Shown here: positions 1 through 13,533 of the stretch, piece by piece | Position numbering within the stretch: position 1 is the stretch's first letter | How the letters are laid out: each line of letters opens with the position of its first letter | Assembly (NCBI GenBank): GCA_964016885.1 | Contig: OZ024747.1 | Location: forward strand, 4,650,001 to 4,714,000 | DNA from: Eledone cirrhosa | Taxonomy: Eukaryota | Reading direction: 5' to 3' | Length of the DNA: 64,000 nucleotides | Made by a program: the position numbers and the translations under genes | The notes under the pieces: model-generated | Told to the model about the DNA's origin: nothing | The model's database searches: none | Seen by the model: the letters and a program-made list of their open reading frames with translations, nothing else

Positions 1-371
1 CTCAATAATTTTCATTATTATTATTATTATATTTCACGCTCAGAGTTGCTGAAGCATGGAACAAACTACCTGCATCAGTTGTTAGCTGTCGAGACACTGC
101 ATCCTTTAAGGCCTCCATGGAACAAACTACCTGCATCAGTTGTTAGCTGTCGAGACACTGCATCCTTTAAAACCTCCATGCTTCCTGAGATTCGCCAATA
201 CTACACCTAATATTCCCCCTCCATACATACGCACACTTGTATATCATGACTCATACACTATTCACTTACCTGACATTTGTACATTATTCTATGTACTATA
301 CATGCACCTTTGATGAGTTGTTGTGCACCTGAGCACTGTACACAATAATTTTCATTATTATTATTATTATT
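1..371 (+). mobile_element. CR1-clade LINE 3' end (tandem tail remnants) with (ATT)n tail and internal 61-bp duplication
   Basis: Translates FTLRVAEAWNKLPASVVSCRDTASFKTSMLPEIRQYYT*, which resembles a CR1 ORF2 C-terminus (WNxLP). The tail aataattttcattattattattattat occurs at 4-30 and again at ~343-370. Confidence 0.75.
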
Positions 372-735
372 TCAGAATCTCAAATTAGTAAAGAGACATA
401 TTTTGGTTGTTTTTCTTCATATCATGGGTTTCTAGTTTGTCTTCTCCTAAATAATTCAGCAATTACGATTTAGACACGGTGCTGTGTCAGTGCTATGCAA
501 TTGAAAAAATGGCATATGTTCCTTGTTATGTTTTTCTATATTAGGAATTATATTTTTTACCACTGTGTTGTCTCTGAAGAGTTTCTTCAGTATTTTTTTA
601 CGACCTCACTTCACCAGAATTTTGTTAAGTATCTGTAGATTTTCACAACACAGTTTTATCTTAAAGACATTCCTGAGAATATTTCTTAGAATATATTTCT
701 TTCCGTGTGTATGTATGTCAGTGCACATGTGAGTG

Positions 736-767
<32 letters not shown>

Positions 768-797
768 GGTGTCAGTGCACATGTGAGTATATATATG

Positions 798-868
<71 letters not shown>

Positions 869-979
869 GTGTGTGTGCTTCCTTGAGTTTCTTTATATTA
901 TTGTGTATGTGTGTGTACATGTGAGTGTATATATGTATATATGAGTGTGATTTGGTTGAGTTTCTTTATATTATTGTCT

Positions 980-1205
980 TTGTGCATGTGTGTCCTTCTG
1001 TTTGTGTGTGTGTGCATGTGTGTCCTTCTGTTTGTGTGTGTGTGCATGTGTGTCCTTCTGTTTGTGTGTGTGTGTGTGCATGTGCATGTGTGTCCTTCTG
1101 TTTGTGTGTGTGTGCATGTGTGTCCTTCTGTTTGTGTGTGTGTGTGTGCATGTGTGTCCTTCTGTTTGTGTGTGTGTGCATGTGTGTCCTTCTGTTTGTG
1201 TGTGT
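980..1205. repeat. ~30-bp minisatellite (gcatgtgtgtccttctgtttgtgtgtgtgt) x7
   Basis: Tandem units with variable (GT)n length, read directly. Confidence 0.9.
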
Positions 1206-1318
1206 ATGTTTAAATTTGAAAACCAAACCAAGAACATCAGGGTATAAGGAGTGCTTGCACATTAACAAATCTATCTTTACTATATATATATACATACATT
1301 ATATGTATGTATATATAT

Positions 1319-1684
1319 GCATGCGTTATGCACACACACATATATATATATATATATGTATAGGTAGGTATATGTGTGTATATGTATGCATATGTATATA
1401 TGTGTGTGTGTGTGTGTATAAACATGTATATACAGTAATGAGGTATGCAAACACGGAAAAGTGGACATGAAATTGTGAAAATGTTGATATATATATATAT
1501 ATATAGGAACGAATAGGACCCCGACGGCTGAGCTCAAGCCGTTTCGACGGCTAATTCACTAGTCCAGAATTAGCCGTCGAAACGGCTTGAGCTCAGCCGT
1601 CGGGGTCCTACTACCCTAAGTATTGAGTACTTTGGTGCGTTATGCTCCATCTGGTTCCTTACCACATTTCCTTCGTTATATATA

Positions 1685-1739
<55 letters not shown>

Positions 1740-1806
1740 ACATTTTCACCATTTCATGTCCACTTTTCCGTGTTTGCATACCTCATTACTGTATATAAAT
1801 GTTTAT

Positions 1807-1838
<32 letters not shown>

Positions 1839-1881
1839 GTATATATACATGTGCGTATATATACATATGCATAACCCATGC
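1319..1881. repeat. Outer inverted duplication flanking a (TA)n tract
   Basis: ~1410-1490 (tataaacatgtatatacagtaatgaggtatgcaaacacggaaaagtggacatgaaattgtgaaaatgttgat) is the near reverse complement of ~1735-1820. gcatgcgttatgca (1319) pairs with tgcataacccatgc (1868). Confidence 0.85.
1505..1678 (+). mobile_element. Family A short Penelope-pLTR-like element with 44-bp perfect palindrome and 3' half of an HHR
   Basis: Arms are 1514-1557 and 1567-1610. The right arm reads GAAA-CGGCT-tgagctc-AGCCG-TC-ggggtcc (stem III plus GUC site). Flanked by (TA)n; homologous to 39108, 49814 and, more diverged, 38350. Confidence 0.7.
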
Positions 1882-1913
1882 TAGCGTGGAAAGTGGACGT
1901 TAAACGATGATGA

Positions 1914-1969
<56 letters not shown>

Positions 1970-1974
<5 letters not shown>

Positions 1975-2215
1975 ATGTGTTGTTTCCTTGAGCAAGACAC
2001 TTTATTTCACATTGCTCCAGTTTACTCAGCTGTAGAAATGAGATGATAGGGACTGGGGTCCCTATGATAAGGACTGGGGTCCCTATCATTCCACTGCAAA
2101 GTGGTCGTGGAGGCGCCACGGCAAAAAAAGCACCCAGCTGTAGAAATCAAGCCAGAATCAGTTCCCGTCCCACCCTTGCAAGCAGGGAAAAGCGGACGTA
2201 AAATGAAATGATGAT
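1970..2215 (+). mobile_element. SINE fragment (tccttgagcaagacacttt core) with RTE-like 3' tail
   Basis: Core shared with 42850-42990 (opposite strand). The tail ggaaaagcggacgtaaaatgatga also occurs at 1875-1915, 4720-4785, 5057-5115(-) and 22095-22140(-). Confidence 0.65.
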
Positions 2216-2276
2216 ATATATATATATATTTATATATACACGTATATATATATTTATATATATTTATATATATATG

Positions 2277-2325
<49 letters not shown>

Positions 2326-2406
2326 ATACATATATATTTATATATACACGTATATATATATATTTATATATATATATGTTTATATATATATGTATATATA
2401 TATATT

Positions 2407-2455
<49 letters not shown>

Positions 2456-2507
2456 ATACATATATATTTATATATACACGTATATATATATATTTATATA
2501 TATATAT

Positions 2508-2541
<34 letters not shown>

Positions 2542-2542
<1 letters not shown>

Positions 2543-3281
2543 ATGATAAATTAACGGAGGCATAGGCCCTCGCTATTCCCTGTAAATAATGTGCTCAAAG
2601 GAGAAGAAATCCTGAGCTCTTTAAAATACAATATGTTGAGAAGGTAACACACCAGAGAGAGATATACAGTGCGTTATCAATAATACAGGGCAAAAACTAC
2701 CAGTTTATGGAATCTATAACCTATGAAAGGCAGACTATAGACACGATAATTAAAAATATAAATTAAAGCGTAAATAAATACCTCTATAACTATATAACAC
2801 ACGTAGAAATCCAAAGACACTAATCCAAAGATATGTTTCACCAATAATTTGTTGAAAGAAATGGGTTAGTCTCGGTTCATCAGCGTGTGTAAGGCCATAC
2901 ATTTCAGACAACACTAAGAGAATTTTACAATTGACTGTCCAGCTACACGTGGGAGAGAGAAGTCACAGCGTGGTTAAGGACAGTGAACCAGTGGCCTCTG
3001 AGAGACGAACTGCTAGAAACGGCAGCCCAATGCCACTCAGAGAAGTTTGCTCAAGCAAACAGAGATAGGAAAGACTGTTATTAGGAGCGAAATATCACGA
3101 TAAATTAACGGAGGCATAGGCCGTCGCTATTCCCTGTAAATAATGTACTCAAAGGGGAAGAGATCCTGAGCTCTTTAAAATACAATATGTTGCCTTTCAT
3201 AGGTTATAGATTCCATACAACCCTGTATTATTGATAACGCACTGTATATCTCTCTCTGGTGTGTTACCTTTTCAACATATT
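2542..3281 (-). mobile_element. (TA)n-embedded element: 554-bp unit with 97-bp terminal direct repeat plus ~90-bp inverted segment; pLTR/retrozyme-like
   Basis: 2542-2638 is repeated at 3096-3192. 3191-3281 is the reverse complement of ~2630-2732. An HHR-like motif lies inside. Confidence 0.7.
2797..2890 (-). ncRNA. Hammerhead-like motif with atypical stem III
   Basis: Minus strand: ACACACG CUGAUGA ACC...GGU GAAA [30 nt poorly paired] UA CGUGUGU. Stem I is 7 bp and the core boxes are intact, but stem III does not fold cleanly. Confidence 0.45.
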
Positions 3282-3315
3282 ATATATATATATTATATAT
3301 ATATTATATATAAAT

Positions 3316-3347
<32 letters not shown>

Positions 3348-3597
3348 AATATATATATACATGTGTGTTTGTATTATGAACCAATGTCACCTTCAGTCTT
3401 TCTTTTTTCCTGACACATTCTCTCCTCTCTCTCCCTCTCTCTCTCTCTCTCTCTCATACAACCCCCTCTTTCTCTCCCATACAACCCCTCTCTCTCTCTC
3501 TTGTGACTTTCCAACACTAATTTATAGATTTGCCAAAGATATAGTTTAGCTAACATGATATATTATTTGTGTAATTATAAGTGTTTGTATGTGACTA

Positions 3598-4080
3598 TGG
3601 CGGTGGTGGTGATGGTGATGGTGGTGGTGGTGGCGGTGGTGGTGGTGGTAATGGTGGAGGTGATGGTGATGGTGGTGGTGGTGGTGGTGGTGGCGGTGGC
3701 GGTGGAGGTGATGGTGGTGGTGGTGGTGTTGTTGATGGTGGTGGTGGTGGATGGTGGCGGTGGTGTTGGTGATGGTGATGGTGGTGTTGGTGTTGGTGAT
3801 GGTGGTGGTGGTGGATGGTGGCGGTGGTGATGGTGATGGTGGTGTTGGTGATGGTGGTGGTGGTGGATGGTGGCGGTGGAGGTGATGGTGTTGGTGTTGT
3901 TGTTGTTGATGGTGGTGTTGGTGGTGGATGGTGGCGGTGTTGGTGGTGGTAGTAGTGGTGGTGGTGGTGATGGCGGTGTTGGTGGTGGTGGTGGGTGGTG
4001 GCGGTGGGTGGTGGCGGTGTTGGTGATGGTGGCTGTGGTGGTGGTGATGGCGGTGGGTGGTGGCGGCGGGGGTGGGTGAT
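3598..4080. repeat. Degenerate (GGT)n microsatellite
   Basis: Read directly. Confidence 0.95.
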
Positions 4081-4094
4081 GTGTGTTTATGTAT

Positions 4095-4137
<43 letters not shown>

Positions 4138-4205
4138 ATATGTGTGTGTGTGTTTGTGTATATATGTATATATACATGTGCGTGTGTTTGTGTATGTATG
4201 CATGC

Positions 4206-4237
<32 letters not shown>

Positions 4238-4382
4238 GCATATTCACATCTATACATATATTTAAATATATGTATAGATAGATATACATATATATTTATA
4301 TCTATCTCTATACCTCTTTCTTTTTCCAAGATGGCGACAACAATATACTACAGGAATTTCTTCCATTTTTTATTTCCTCCTT

Positions 4383-4580
4383 CACTCCATCATCACTCCC
4401 ACCATCACTCCCACCATCACTCCCACCATCACTCCCACCATCACTCCCACCATCACTCCCACCATCACTCCCACCATCACTCCCACCACCACTCCCACCA
4501 TCACTCCCACCATCACTCCCACCATCACTCCCACCATCACTCCCACCATCACTCCCACCATCACTCCCCCCACCATCCCC
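4383..4580. repeat. 12-bp minisatellite (cactcccaccat) x~16
   Basis: Read directly. Confidence 0.95.
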
Positions 4581-4798
4581 ATTATTAAATTTCTTTTTAA
4601 TATATGTGTCTACAATGACATATATATACACACACAAACATACATGCACATATATATATATATAGGTTTATAAATATATATATACATGTATACATATATA
4701 TATTTACATAATAAGACCCCCCGTCCCACCCTTGCAAGCAGGGAAAAGCGGACGTAAAATGATGATGATGATGATGATGATGATGATATACAAAAACA

Positions 4799-4835
<37 letters not shown>

Positions 4836-4863
4836 CTATGCATATATATGTTTACATATACAT

Positions 4864-4905
<42 letters not shown>

Positions 4906-4973
4906 CATATTTATATTTATATATATATATATATATAAATATATGCATATATATGTTTACATATACATACATT

Positions 4974-5008
<35 letters not shown>

Positions 5009-5016
5009 CATATATA

Positions 5017-5056
<40 letters not shown>

Positions 5057-5113
5057 CATCATCATCATCATCTTCGTTTAACGTCCATTTTCCACGCTAG
5101 CATGGGTTAGACG

Positions 5114-5158
<45 letters not shown>

Positions 5159-5749
5159 CCATAAATATGCTTACGCATATATACATATTCTCACATATAC
5201 TTTCATCACACACACACACACATTCACATACACACATTCACACACACACACATACACATTCACACACACACACTCACACAAGCAGCCACTGACAGTTACC
5301 TGTAGGTGTGATTTGTCTCTTTAAAACTAAACTAAATCATGTCTTTGGAATATTCTAGGGGAGAAACAAGACAGAAGAAGATGTGTTTATTCTAATACCC
5401 AATAAATAAAGTTTATAACACATACTTCTAGGTCATGACATATCAGAGTCAAGTCTAATCATTTATCATATATATTCGTATATAAGCTGAGAAATATGTG
5501 ACCAACAAATAGATAGTAAAAGAGTGGTTAGGCTTATACTCAAAGTAATATGTTATTGCTTTTCACTAACTTCAAAATTCTAAGTAAATGTGATGCTAAA
5601 ATATTTTTACTTTGCTGGTTAACATTACACCAGTTTCACTTTGGAGATTAACATTACACCGGTTTCACTTTGGAAGTGACGAAGAATATATGCATTTAGA
5701 TCAAATTCAGTTATTCTGACTGATAAAATGACAAGTCAGTCAATCATAT

Positions 5750-6017
5750 TGGTGGCCTCCCCACAGCCCCGCGGCAAGGGAGACGCACTGGAAGAGCTAT
5801 TCCAACTCGCGAGGCTCACACCTGTGGCTGGCCAGCTCAGCCCCTATGGTAGTGAGTAGGGAGGTAACCCTAGGCCGAGGACACCAGAAGTCTCTACTGC
5901 CAAAGGTACAACCGCAAACCTGTTGGAGAGCGACCAGTATTTGAAGAGTTTGGCCTCCTCAGCCCGATGTGCAGCAGATCCTGGGTTAGTCGCAGACTGC
6001 ACCAGGTTGCGAGGTGA
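5750..6017 (+). mobile_element. Fragment of a GC-rich interspersed repeat (possible LINE ORF1 region)
   Basis: agggagacgc...ggaagag...ctcacacctg...gtgagtagggagg...ggacaccagaagtctctactgcc matches 42395-42810(-) and 27075-27165(+). Confidence 0.55.
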
Positions 6018-6329
6018 ATATTACACTGGTTTAACTTTTGATGTGAAATTCGTATTTTCTATTGTTTTTTTTATATGTTTTGAATAAATATGGCCTTCAA
6101 AATGGTCAAAAATTGATAGAAAAATCATTATGTTATGGAGTTGTGAAATTAAAAATATACTCTAAACGTCACTTAAAACATTTTAAATATCAAATTATTA
6201 AAACTTCATAGATATATTTTCCACTCATGAGACTTTCAAAACCGCACCATCTAAACATGTTGATTAGCTGCCTTGGCTTATAAACAAGGTTTGGATTTCT
6301 GCCTATTTCTCAGACATAAAACACGGGTG

Positions 6330-7190
6330 GTGTAGCTTATATTCGAGTATATATGGTCTCTATAGATATGACAATACATGAGAGAATTCATACAGCTATA
6401 AGGATTAAGAATGGGAACAAGTGACAAATTTAGAATGAAATTTAGAGTATGTCATGAATCAGTATTAGGTTCATTACTATTTGTAGTTATGATAGAGGTA
6501 CTAAACCTGGTGTGTAGAAGATGGCTTACTAAGGGTTGTTACTGTACTCAAATGATCTAGTGTTAATAGTAAACAGTATAGATAGACTAAAGATGATTAG
6601 ATGGAAGGAAGGAATAGAGGGAAAATGTATCATCATCATCATCATCATTAACATGATAATTGTTTCTACTTTTGGCACAAAGCCAGCAATTATCCCAGTG
6701 CATTACTGGTACTTTATTTTATCGACCCCGTAACGATGAAAGGCAAAGTTAACCTCGGCGGGATTTGAACTCAGACCATAAAGGGCCGTAAGTCTTTGCT
6801 GCAAAGCACGGCGTCCGACCCTCTACCGATACTGCCACTCCACCGCCCTATCAGTAACATGATAATGAATATCAGAAAGATGAAGGTGATGGCAAGTAGT
6901 TACACCTGTGATAAGGTGGAGAAAACAGAAAGGTGGCCATGTATGGTATACAGGGAGGATGTTGGAGTGAACTCCATTAAATATACAACATATACTGGGT
7001 GGCTACATTGGAAATGTTGTGATGTGGAAAGGATTATTAAATAATGTGGCTTCATGTAAATATAAGGTGTGTACGATATGAGAGCTGCTGATGGAGAAGG
7101 GGTTGAGAGGATGTTGAGAGGATGCTGAAAATGACACATAGATGAAAGGTGTGAAAATGTTTTGATACCGAGGAGATATATTGAATGGAG
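6330..7190 (+). pseudogene. Decayed RTE-type LINE reverse transcriptase fragment interrupted by a SINE
   Basis: LLYSNDLVLIVNS...RWKEGIE (cf. LLYADDLVL), then after the SINE MNIRKMKVM...RWPCMVYREDVGVNSIKYTTYTGWLHWKC (degenerate Cys-rich insert). Confidence 0.7.
6655..6850 (-). mobile_element. tRNA-derived SINE (core ctgagttcaaatcccgccgaggttaactttgcctttcatc...ggggtcgataaaataaagtacc)
   Basis: B-box-like GTTCAAATCC. Multi-copy family in the window; the core resembles the MESC/Meta-type SINE domain (inference). Confidence 0.85.
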
Positions 7191-7354
7191 AGTATATCAT
7201 ACCTGTACATATATACATGCATGTACACATCTTGTTTATATATGTTCCCACAATCTCTCACTTTCTACTGAGTACCCCCAGTGCATTTTTTTGCCCCAGC
7301 ATTAGGGTAGTTGTTATGTCTCTGACATAACTGAAGATTCCTCACAGCCATTTA

Positions 7355-7570
7355 TTTGGAAAGTTTTCTAAGGCTGGATGTCCTTCCTATTAACAACCAC
7401 ATTACAGAGTATAGAGGGTGCATTATTTTATGGAACCAAACAACAGATGTTGTGACATGACTGAAGAATCCTTCCAACTCTTTGGCTTGGTTTTTACAGC
7501 TGGAAGCCCTTCTTAACACCAACCACTTTATAAAGTATTCTAGGTGTGTTATCATGGTACCAGCACTAGG
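7355..7570 (-). mobile_element. Two decayed SINE/RTE-tail fragments (gctggatg.ccttcct...caaccac.ttacagagt)
   Basis: Two similar copies at ~7355-7450 and ~7480-7570. Confidence 0.5.
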
Positions 7571-8006
7571 GATGTGGCTGGTTACTGACTACTCAAGAAC
7601 TCTCCCTACACTAAGGGATACTCTAGAAAGTATACCATGGGGGACAGATGACAAATATGATGTAATGAGTGTATGATAGGTGTGGTGACATATGGCTTGA
7701 CAATGAAAGCAAGGGATAGATAGAGATCTCGGGAAGTTGAGGGTACAGTGAGGCTGTGAACAACTAATAAACAATAATTATGATTGGGACTCTAGGATTT
7801 AAACATGGGTGGTAAAGATTGTCCTGGATAGAGTAGTGGCTGTTGGGTGGGATGTCCAGCAATGGAGAGGATGGGAACTATTGGCAGCCATTGTGGGGTG
7901 GGATGTACAGGGTGAGGATGGCAACTATTGCCATAAAGGAGGAAATATTGTTTCGGATATTGGACATCGAAGGAAGGAAGTTATCATTAGCACAGGGAGG
8001 AATTAT

Positions 8007-11000
8007 TATAGCTGTTGGTTAGGGAGGTGACACAGGGTTACTATAGCTGTTGGATGGGGAGGGGACAGACATGTAGTATAGCTGTTGGTTGGGGAGGGGA
8101 CAGACATGTGGTATAGCTGTTGGTTGGGGAGGGGACAGACATGTGGTATAGCTGTTGGTTGGGGAGGGGACAGACATGTGGTATAGCTGTTGGATGGGGA
8201 GGGGACAGACATGTGGTATAGCTGTTGGATGGGGAGGGGACAGATATGTGGTATAGCTGTTGGTTGGGGAGGGGACAGACATGTAGTATAGCTGTTGGTT
8301 GGGGAGGGGACAGACATGTGGTATAGCTGTTGGATGGGGAGGGGACAGATATGTGGTATAGCTGTTGGTTGGGGAGGGGACAGACATGTAGTATAGCTGT
8401 TGGTTGGGGAGGGGACAGACATGTGGTATAGCTGTTGGTTGTGGAGGGGACAGACATGTAGTATAGCTGTTGGTTGGGGAGGGGACAGACATGTGGTATA
8501 GCTGTTGGTTGGGGAGGGGACAGACATGTGGTATAGCTGTTGGTTGGGGAGGGGACATACATGTGGTATAGCTGTTGGATGGGGAGGGGACAGACATGTG
8601 GTATAGCTGTTGGATGGGGAGGGGACAGATATGTGGTATAGCTGTTGGTTGGGGAGGGGACAGACATGTGGTATAGCTGTTGGTTGGGGTGGGGACAGAC
8701 ATGTAGTATAGCTGTTGGTTGGGGAGGGGACATACATGTGGTATAGCTGTTGGATGGGGAGGGGACAGACATGTGGTATAGCTGTTGGATGGGGAGGGGA
8801 CAGATATGTGGTATAGCTGTTGGTTGGGGAGGGGACAGACATGTGGTATAGCTGTTGGTTGGGGAGGGGACAGACATGTAGTATAGCTGTTGGTTGGGGA
8901 GGGGACAGGCATGTGGTATAGCTGTTGGTTGGGGAGGGGTCAGACATGTGGTATAGCTGTTGGTTGGGGTGGGGACAGACATGTAGTATAGCTGTTGGTT
9001 GGGGAGGGGACAGACATGTGGTATAGCTGTTGGTTGGGGTGGGGACAGACATGTAGTATAGCTGTTGGTTGGGGAGGGGACAGACATGTAGTATAGCTGT
9101 TGGTTGGGGAGGGGTCAGACATGTGGTATAGCTGTTGGTTGGGGTGGGGACAGACATGTAGTATAGCTGTTGGTTGGGGAGGGGACAGACATGTGGTATA
9201 GCTGTTGGTTGGGGTGGGGACAGACATGTGGTATAGCTGTTGGTTGTGGAGGGGACAGACATGTAGTATAGCTGTTGGTTGGGGAGGGGACAGACATGTA
9301 GTATAGCTGTTGGTTGGGGAGGGGACAGACATGTGGTATAGCTGTTGGTTGGGGAGGGGACAGACATGTAGTATAGCTGTTGGTTGGGGAGGGGACAGAC
9401 ATGTAGTATAGCTGTTGGATGGGGAGGGGACAGACATGTGGTATAGCTGTTGGTTGGGGAGGGGACAGACATGTAGTATAGCTGTTGGTTGGGGAGGGGA
9501 CAGACATGTAGTATAGCTGTTGGTTGGGGAGGGGACAGACATGTGGTATAGCTGTTGGTTGGGGAGGGGACAGACATGTAGTATAGCTGTTGGTTGGGGT
9601 GGGGACAGACATGTAGTATAGCTGTTGGTTGGGGTGGGGACAGACATGTAGTATAGCTGTTGGTTGGGGAGGGGACAGACATGTAGTATAGCTGTTGGAT
9701 GGGGAGGGGACAGACATGTGGTATAGCTGTTGGTTGGGGAGGGGACAGACATGTAGTATAGCTGTTGGTTGGGGAGGGGACAGACATGTGGTATAGCTGT
9801 TGGTTGTGGAGGGGACAGACATGTAGTATAGCTGTTGGTTGGGGAGGGGACAGACATGTGGTATAGCTGTTGGTTGGGGAGGGGACAGACATGTAGTATA
9901 GCTGTTGGTTGGGGAGGGGACAGACATGTGGTATAGCTGTTGGTTGGGGAGGGGACAGACATGTAGTATAGCTGTTGGTTGGGGAGGGGACAGACATGTG
10001 GTATAGCTGTTGGTTGGGGAGGGGACAGACATGTAGTATAGCTGTTGGTTGGGGAGGGGACAGACATGTGGTATAGCTGTTGGTTGGGGAGGGGACAGAC
10101 ATGTAGTATAGCTGTTGGTTGGGGAGGGGACAGATATGTGGTATAGCTGTTGGTTGGGGTGGGGACAGACATGTAGTATAGCTGTTGGTTGGGGTGGGGA
10201 CAGACATGTAGTATAGCTGTTGGTTGGGGAGGGGACAGACATGTAGTATAGCTGTTGGATGGGGAGGGGACAGACATGTGGTATAGCTGTTGGTTGGGGA
10301 GGGGACAGACATGTAGTATAGCTGTTGGTTGGGGAGGGGACAGATATGTGGTATAGCTGTTGGTTGGGGTGGGGACAGACATGTAGTATAGCTGTTGGTT
10401 GGGGTGGGGACAGACATGTAGTATAGCTGTTGGTTGGGGAGGGGACAGACATGTAGTATAGCTGTTGGATGGGGAGGGGACAGACATGTGGTATAGCTGT
10501 TGGTTGGGGAGGGGACAGACATGTAGTATAGCTGTTGGTTGGGGAGGGGACAGACATGTAGTATAGCTGTTGGTTGGGGAGGGGACAGACATGTGGTATA
10601 GCTGTTGGTTGTGGAGGGGACAGACATGTAGTATAGCTGTTGGTTGGGGAGGGGACAGACATGTGGTATAGCTGTTGGTTGTGGAGGGGACAGACATGTA
10701 GTATAGCTGTTGGTTGGGGAGGGGACAGACATGTGGTATAGCTGTTGGTTGGGGAGGGGACAGACATGTAGTATAGCTGTTGGTTGGGGAGGGGACAGAC
10801 ATGTGGTATAGCTGTTGGTTGGGGAGGGGACAGACATGTAGTATAGCTGTTGGTTGGGGAGGGGACAGACATGTGGTATAGCTGTTGGTTGTGGAGGGGA
10901 CAGACATGTAGTATAGCTGTTGGTTGGGGAGGGGACAGACATGTGGTATAGCTGTTGGTTGGGGAGGGGACAGACATGTGGTATAGCTGTTGGTTGTGGA

Positions 11001-11685
11001 GGGGACAGACATGTAGTATAGCTGTTGGTTGGGGAGGGGACAGACATGTAGTATAGCTGTTGGTTGGGGAGGGGACAGACATGTAGTATAGCTGTTGGTT
11101 GGGGAGGGGACAGACATGTGGTATAGCTGTTGGTTGTGGAGGGGACAGACATGTAGTATAGCTGTTGGTTAGGGGAGGGGACAGACATGTGGTATAGCTG
11201 TTGGTTGGGGAGGGGACAGACATGTGGTATAGCTGTTGGTTGGGGAGGGGACAGACATGTGGTATAGCTGTTGGTTGTGGAGGGGACAGACATGTGGTAT
11301 AGCTGTTGGTTGGGGAGGGGACAGACATGTGGTATAGCTGTTGGTTGTGGAGGGGACAGACATGTGGTATAGCTGTTGGTTGGGGAGGGGACAGACATGT
11401 GGTATAGCTGTTGGTTGGGGAGGGGACAGACATGTGGTATAGCTGTTGGTTGTGGAGGGGACAGACATGTGGTATAGCTGTTGGTTGGGGAGGGGACAGA
11501 CATGTGGTATAGCTGTTGGTTGGGGAGGAGACAGACATGTGGTATAGCTGTTGGTTGGGGAGGGGACAGACATGTGGTATAGCTGTTGGTTGGGGAGGGG
11601 ACAGACATGTAGTATAGCTGTTGGTTGGGGAGGGGACAGACATGTGGTATAGCTGTTGGTTGGGGAGGGGACACAGGGTTACTAT
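8007..11685. repeat. 35-bp G-rich minisatellite (gtatagctgttggttggggaggggacagacatgtR) x~104
   Basis: Read directly. Variant units recur in higher-order blocks, e.g. a 210-bp block at 10131 and 10341. Confidence 0.98.
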
Positions 11686-12748
11686 GGGCTCAGGGATGTG
11701 AATGTATACAACACCACTTTTACGTCATCATATATTCATACTGAAACAGAATGATGTAAAAAAATTCATAATGGTTTTTACTATAAATCAATAAAACAAC
11801 TCTAAAAAAAATAATTTTTCTACTGTGAATGTATGAATATTTAAGTGGTGTTGAAGATTGTGTATATGACCATGTATATATGTATATATGATGGTGACGT
11901 TGAGGATATATATATATATGTGTATGTATATTTATGTATGTATATATATATATATACATGTGTATATGACCATGTATATATGTATATATGATGATCACGT
12001 TGAGGATATATATATATATATATATATATACGTGTATGTATATTTATGTATGTATATATATATGTATGTATATTTATGTATGTATATATGTATGTGTATG
12101 TTTAAATATATGTATATATGTATATGTATGTATAAATGTATGTATATATGTATATGTATGTATAAATGTATGTATATATGTATATGTATGTATAAATGTA
12201 AGTATATATGTACAGGTATATATGTATGTGTATATATATACATATATATATATATATGTATATATATATATGTATATGTATTTATGTATATATATATATA
12301 AATATGTATGTATGTACATATTTATGTGTATATATATGTATGTATTTACGTATTTATGTATATATATATATATGTATGCATTTATGTATGTATTTATGTA
12401 TATATATATATATATGTATGCATTTATGTATGTATTTATGTATGTAAGTATATATATGTATGCATATATATGTATATATATATATATATATAAAAATATA
12501 TACATATATATGTATATATATATAAATATATACATATATATGTACATACATACAAAATCATATTTGCATATGATACAATTGTATATAGACGTACAAAAAC
12601 ACAAACATTCTTTTTTTTATGACATACAATATTTGCATATTCATGTCTCACTGTTTACTGTGTGTGGCAATACTTTGAGATGGAATTATACAACCCGATG
12701 TTTATGTCTGTGGCATGATTAACTATATATGTCTATATATATACATAT

Positions 12749-12790
<42 letters not shown>

Positions 12791-12791
12791 T

Positions 12792-12823
<32 letters not shown>

Positions 12824-12827
12824 CACT

Positions 12828-12872
<45 letters not shown>

Positions 12873-12916
12873 GCACACACACACACATATATATATATAT
12901 GTATATATATACACAG

Positions 12917-12965
<49 letters not shown>

Positions 12966-13179
12966 ATATATATATGTATGTGGATGTGGGTGTATATAAT
13001 GTATATATTATACATATATTGAATGTATACATTTCATATACATAATCTCTGTAATGCGTCTATGTGTGTCTGTGTGTGTGTGTGCACACATGTGAGTGGG
13101 ATTATGTATGTATACAAAATATATACATTAGGAAATTGCATATATTAAAACTTTCTATGTATACTTCAGAAGTATGTAT

Positions 13180-13349
<170 letters not shown>

Positions 13350-13355
13350 TATATG

Positions 13356-13389
<34 letters not shown>

Positions 13390-13394
13390 TATGT

Positions 13395-13533
<139 letters not shown>

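Noticed and set aside
8006-11674. 1222-aa and overlapping long minus-strand ORFs
   Set aside because: All three frames give the same 35-aa cycle because the 35-bp unit lacks stops on that strand; no unique domain.
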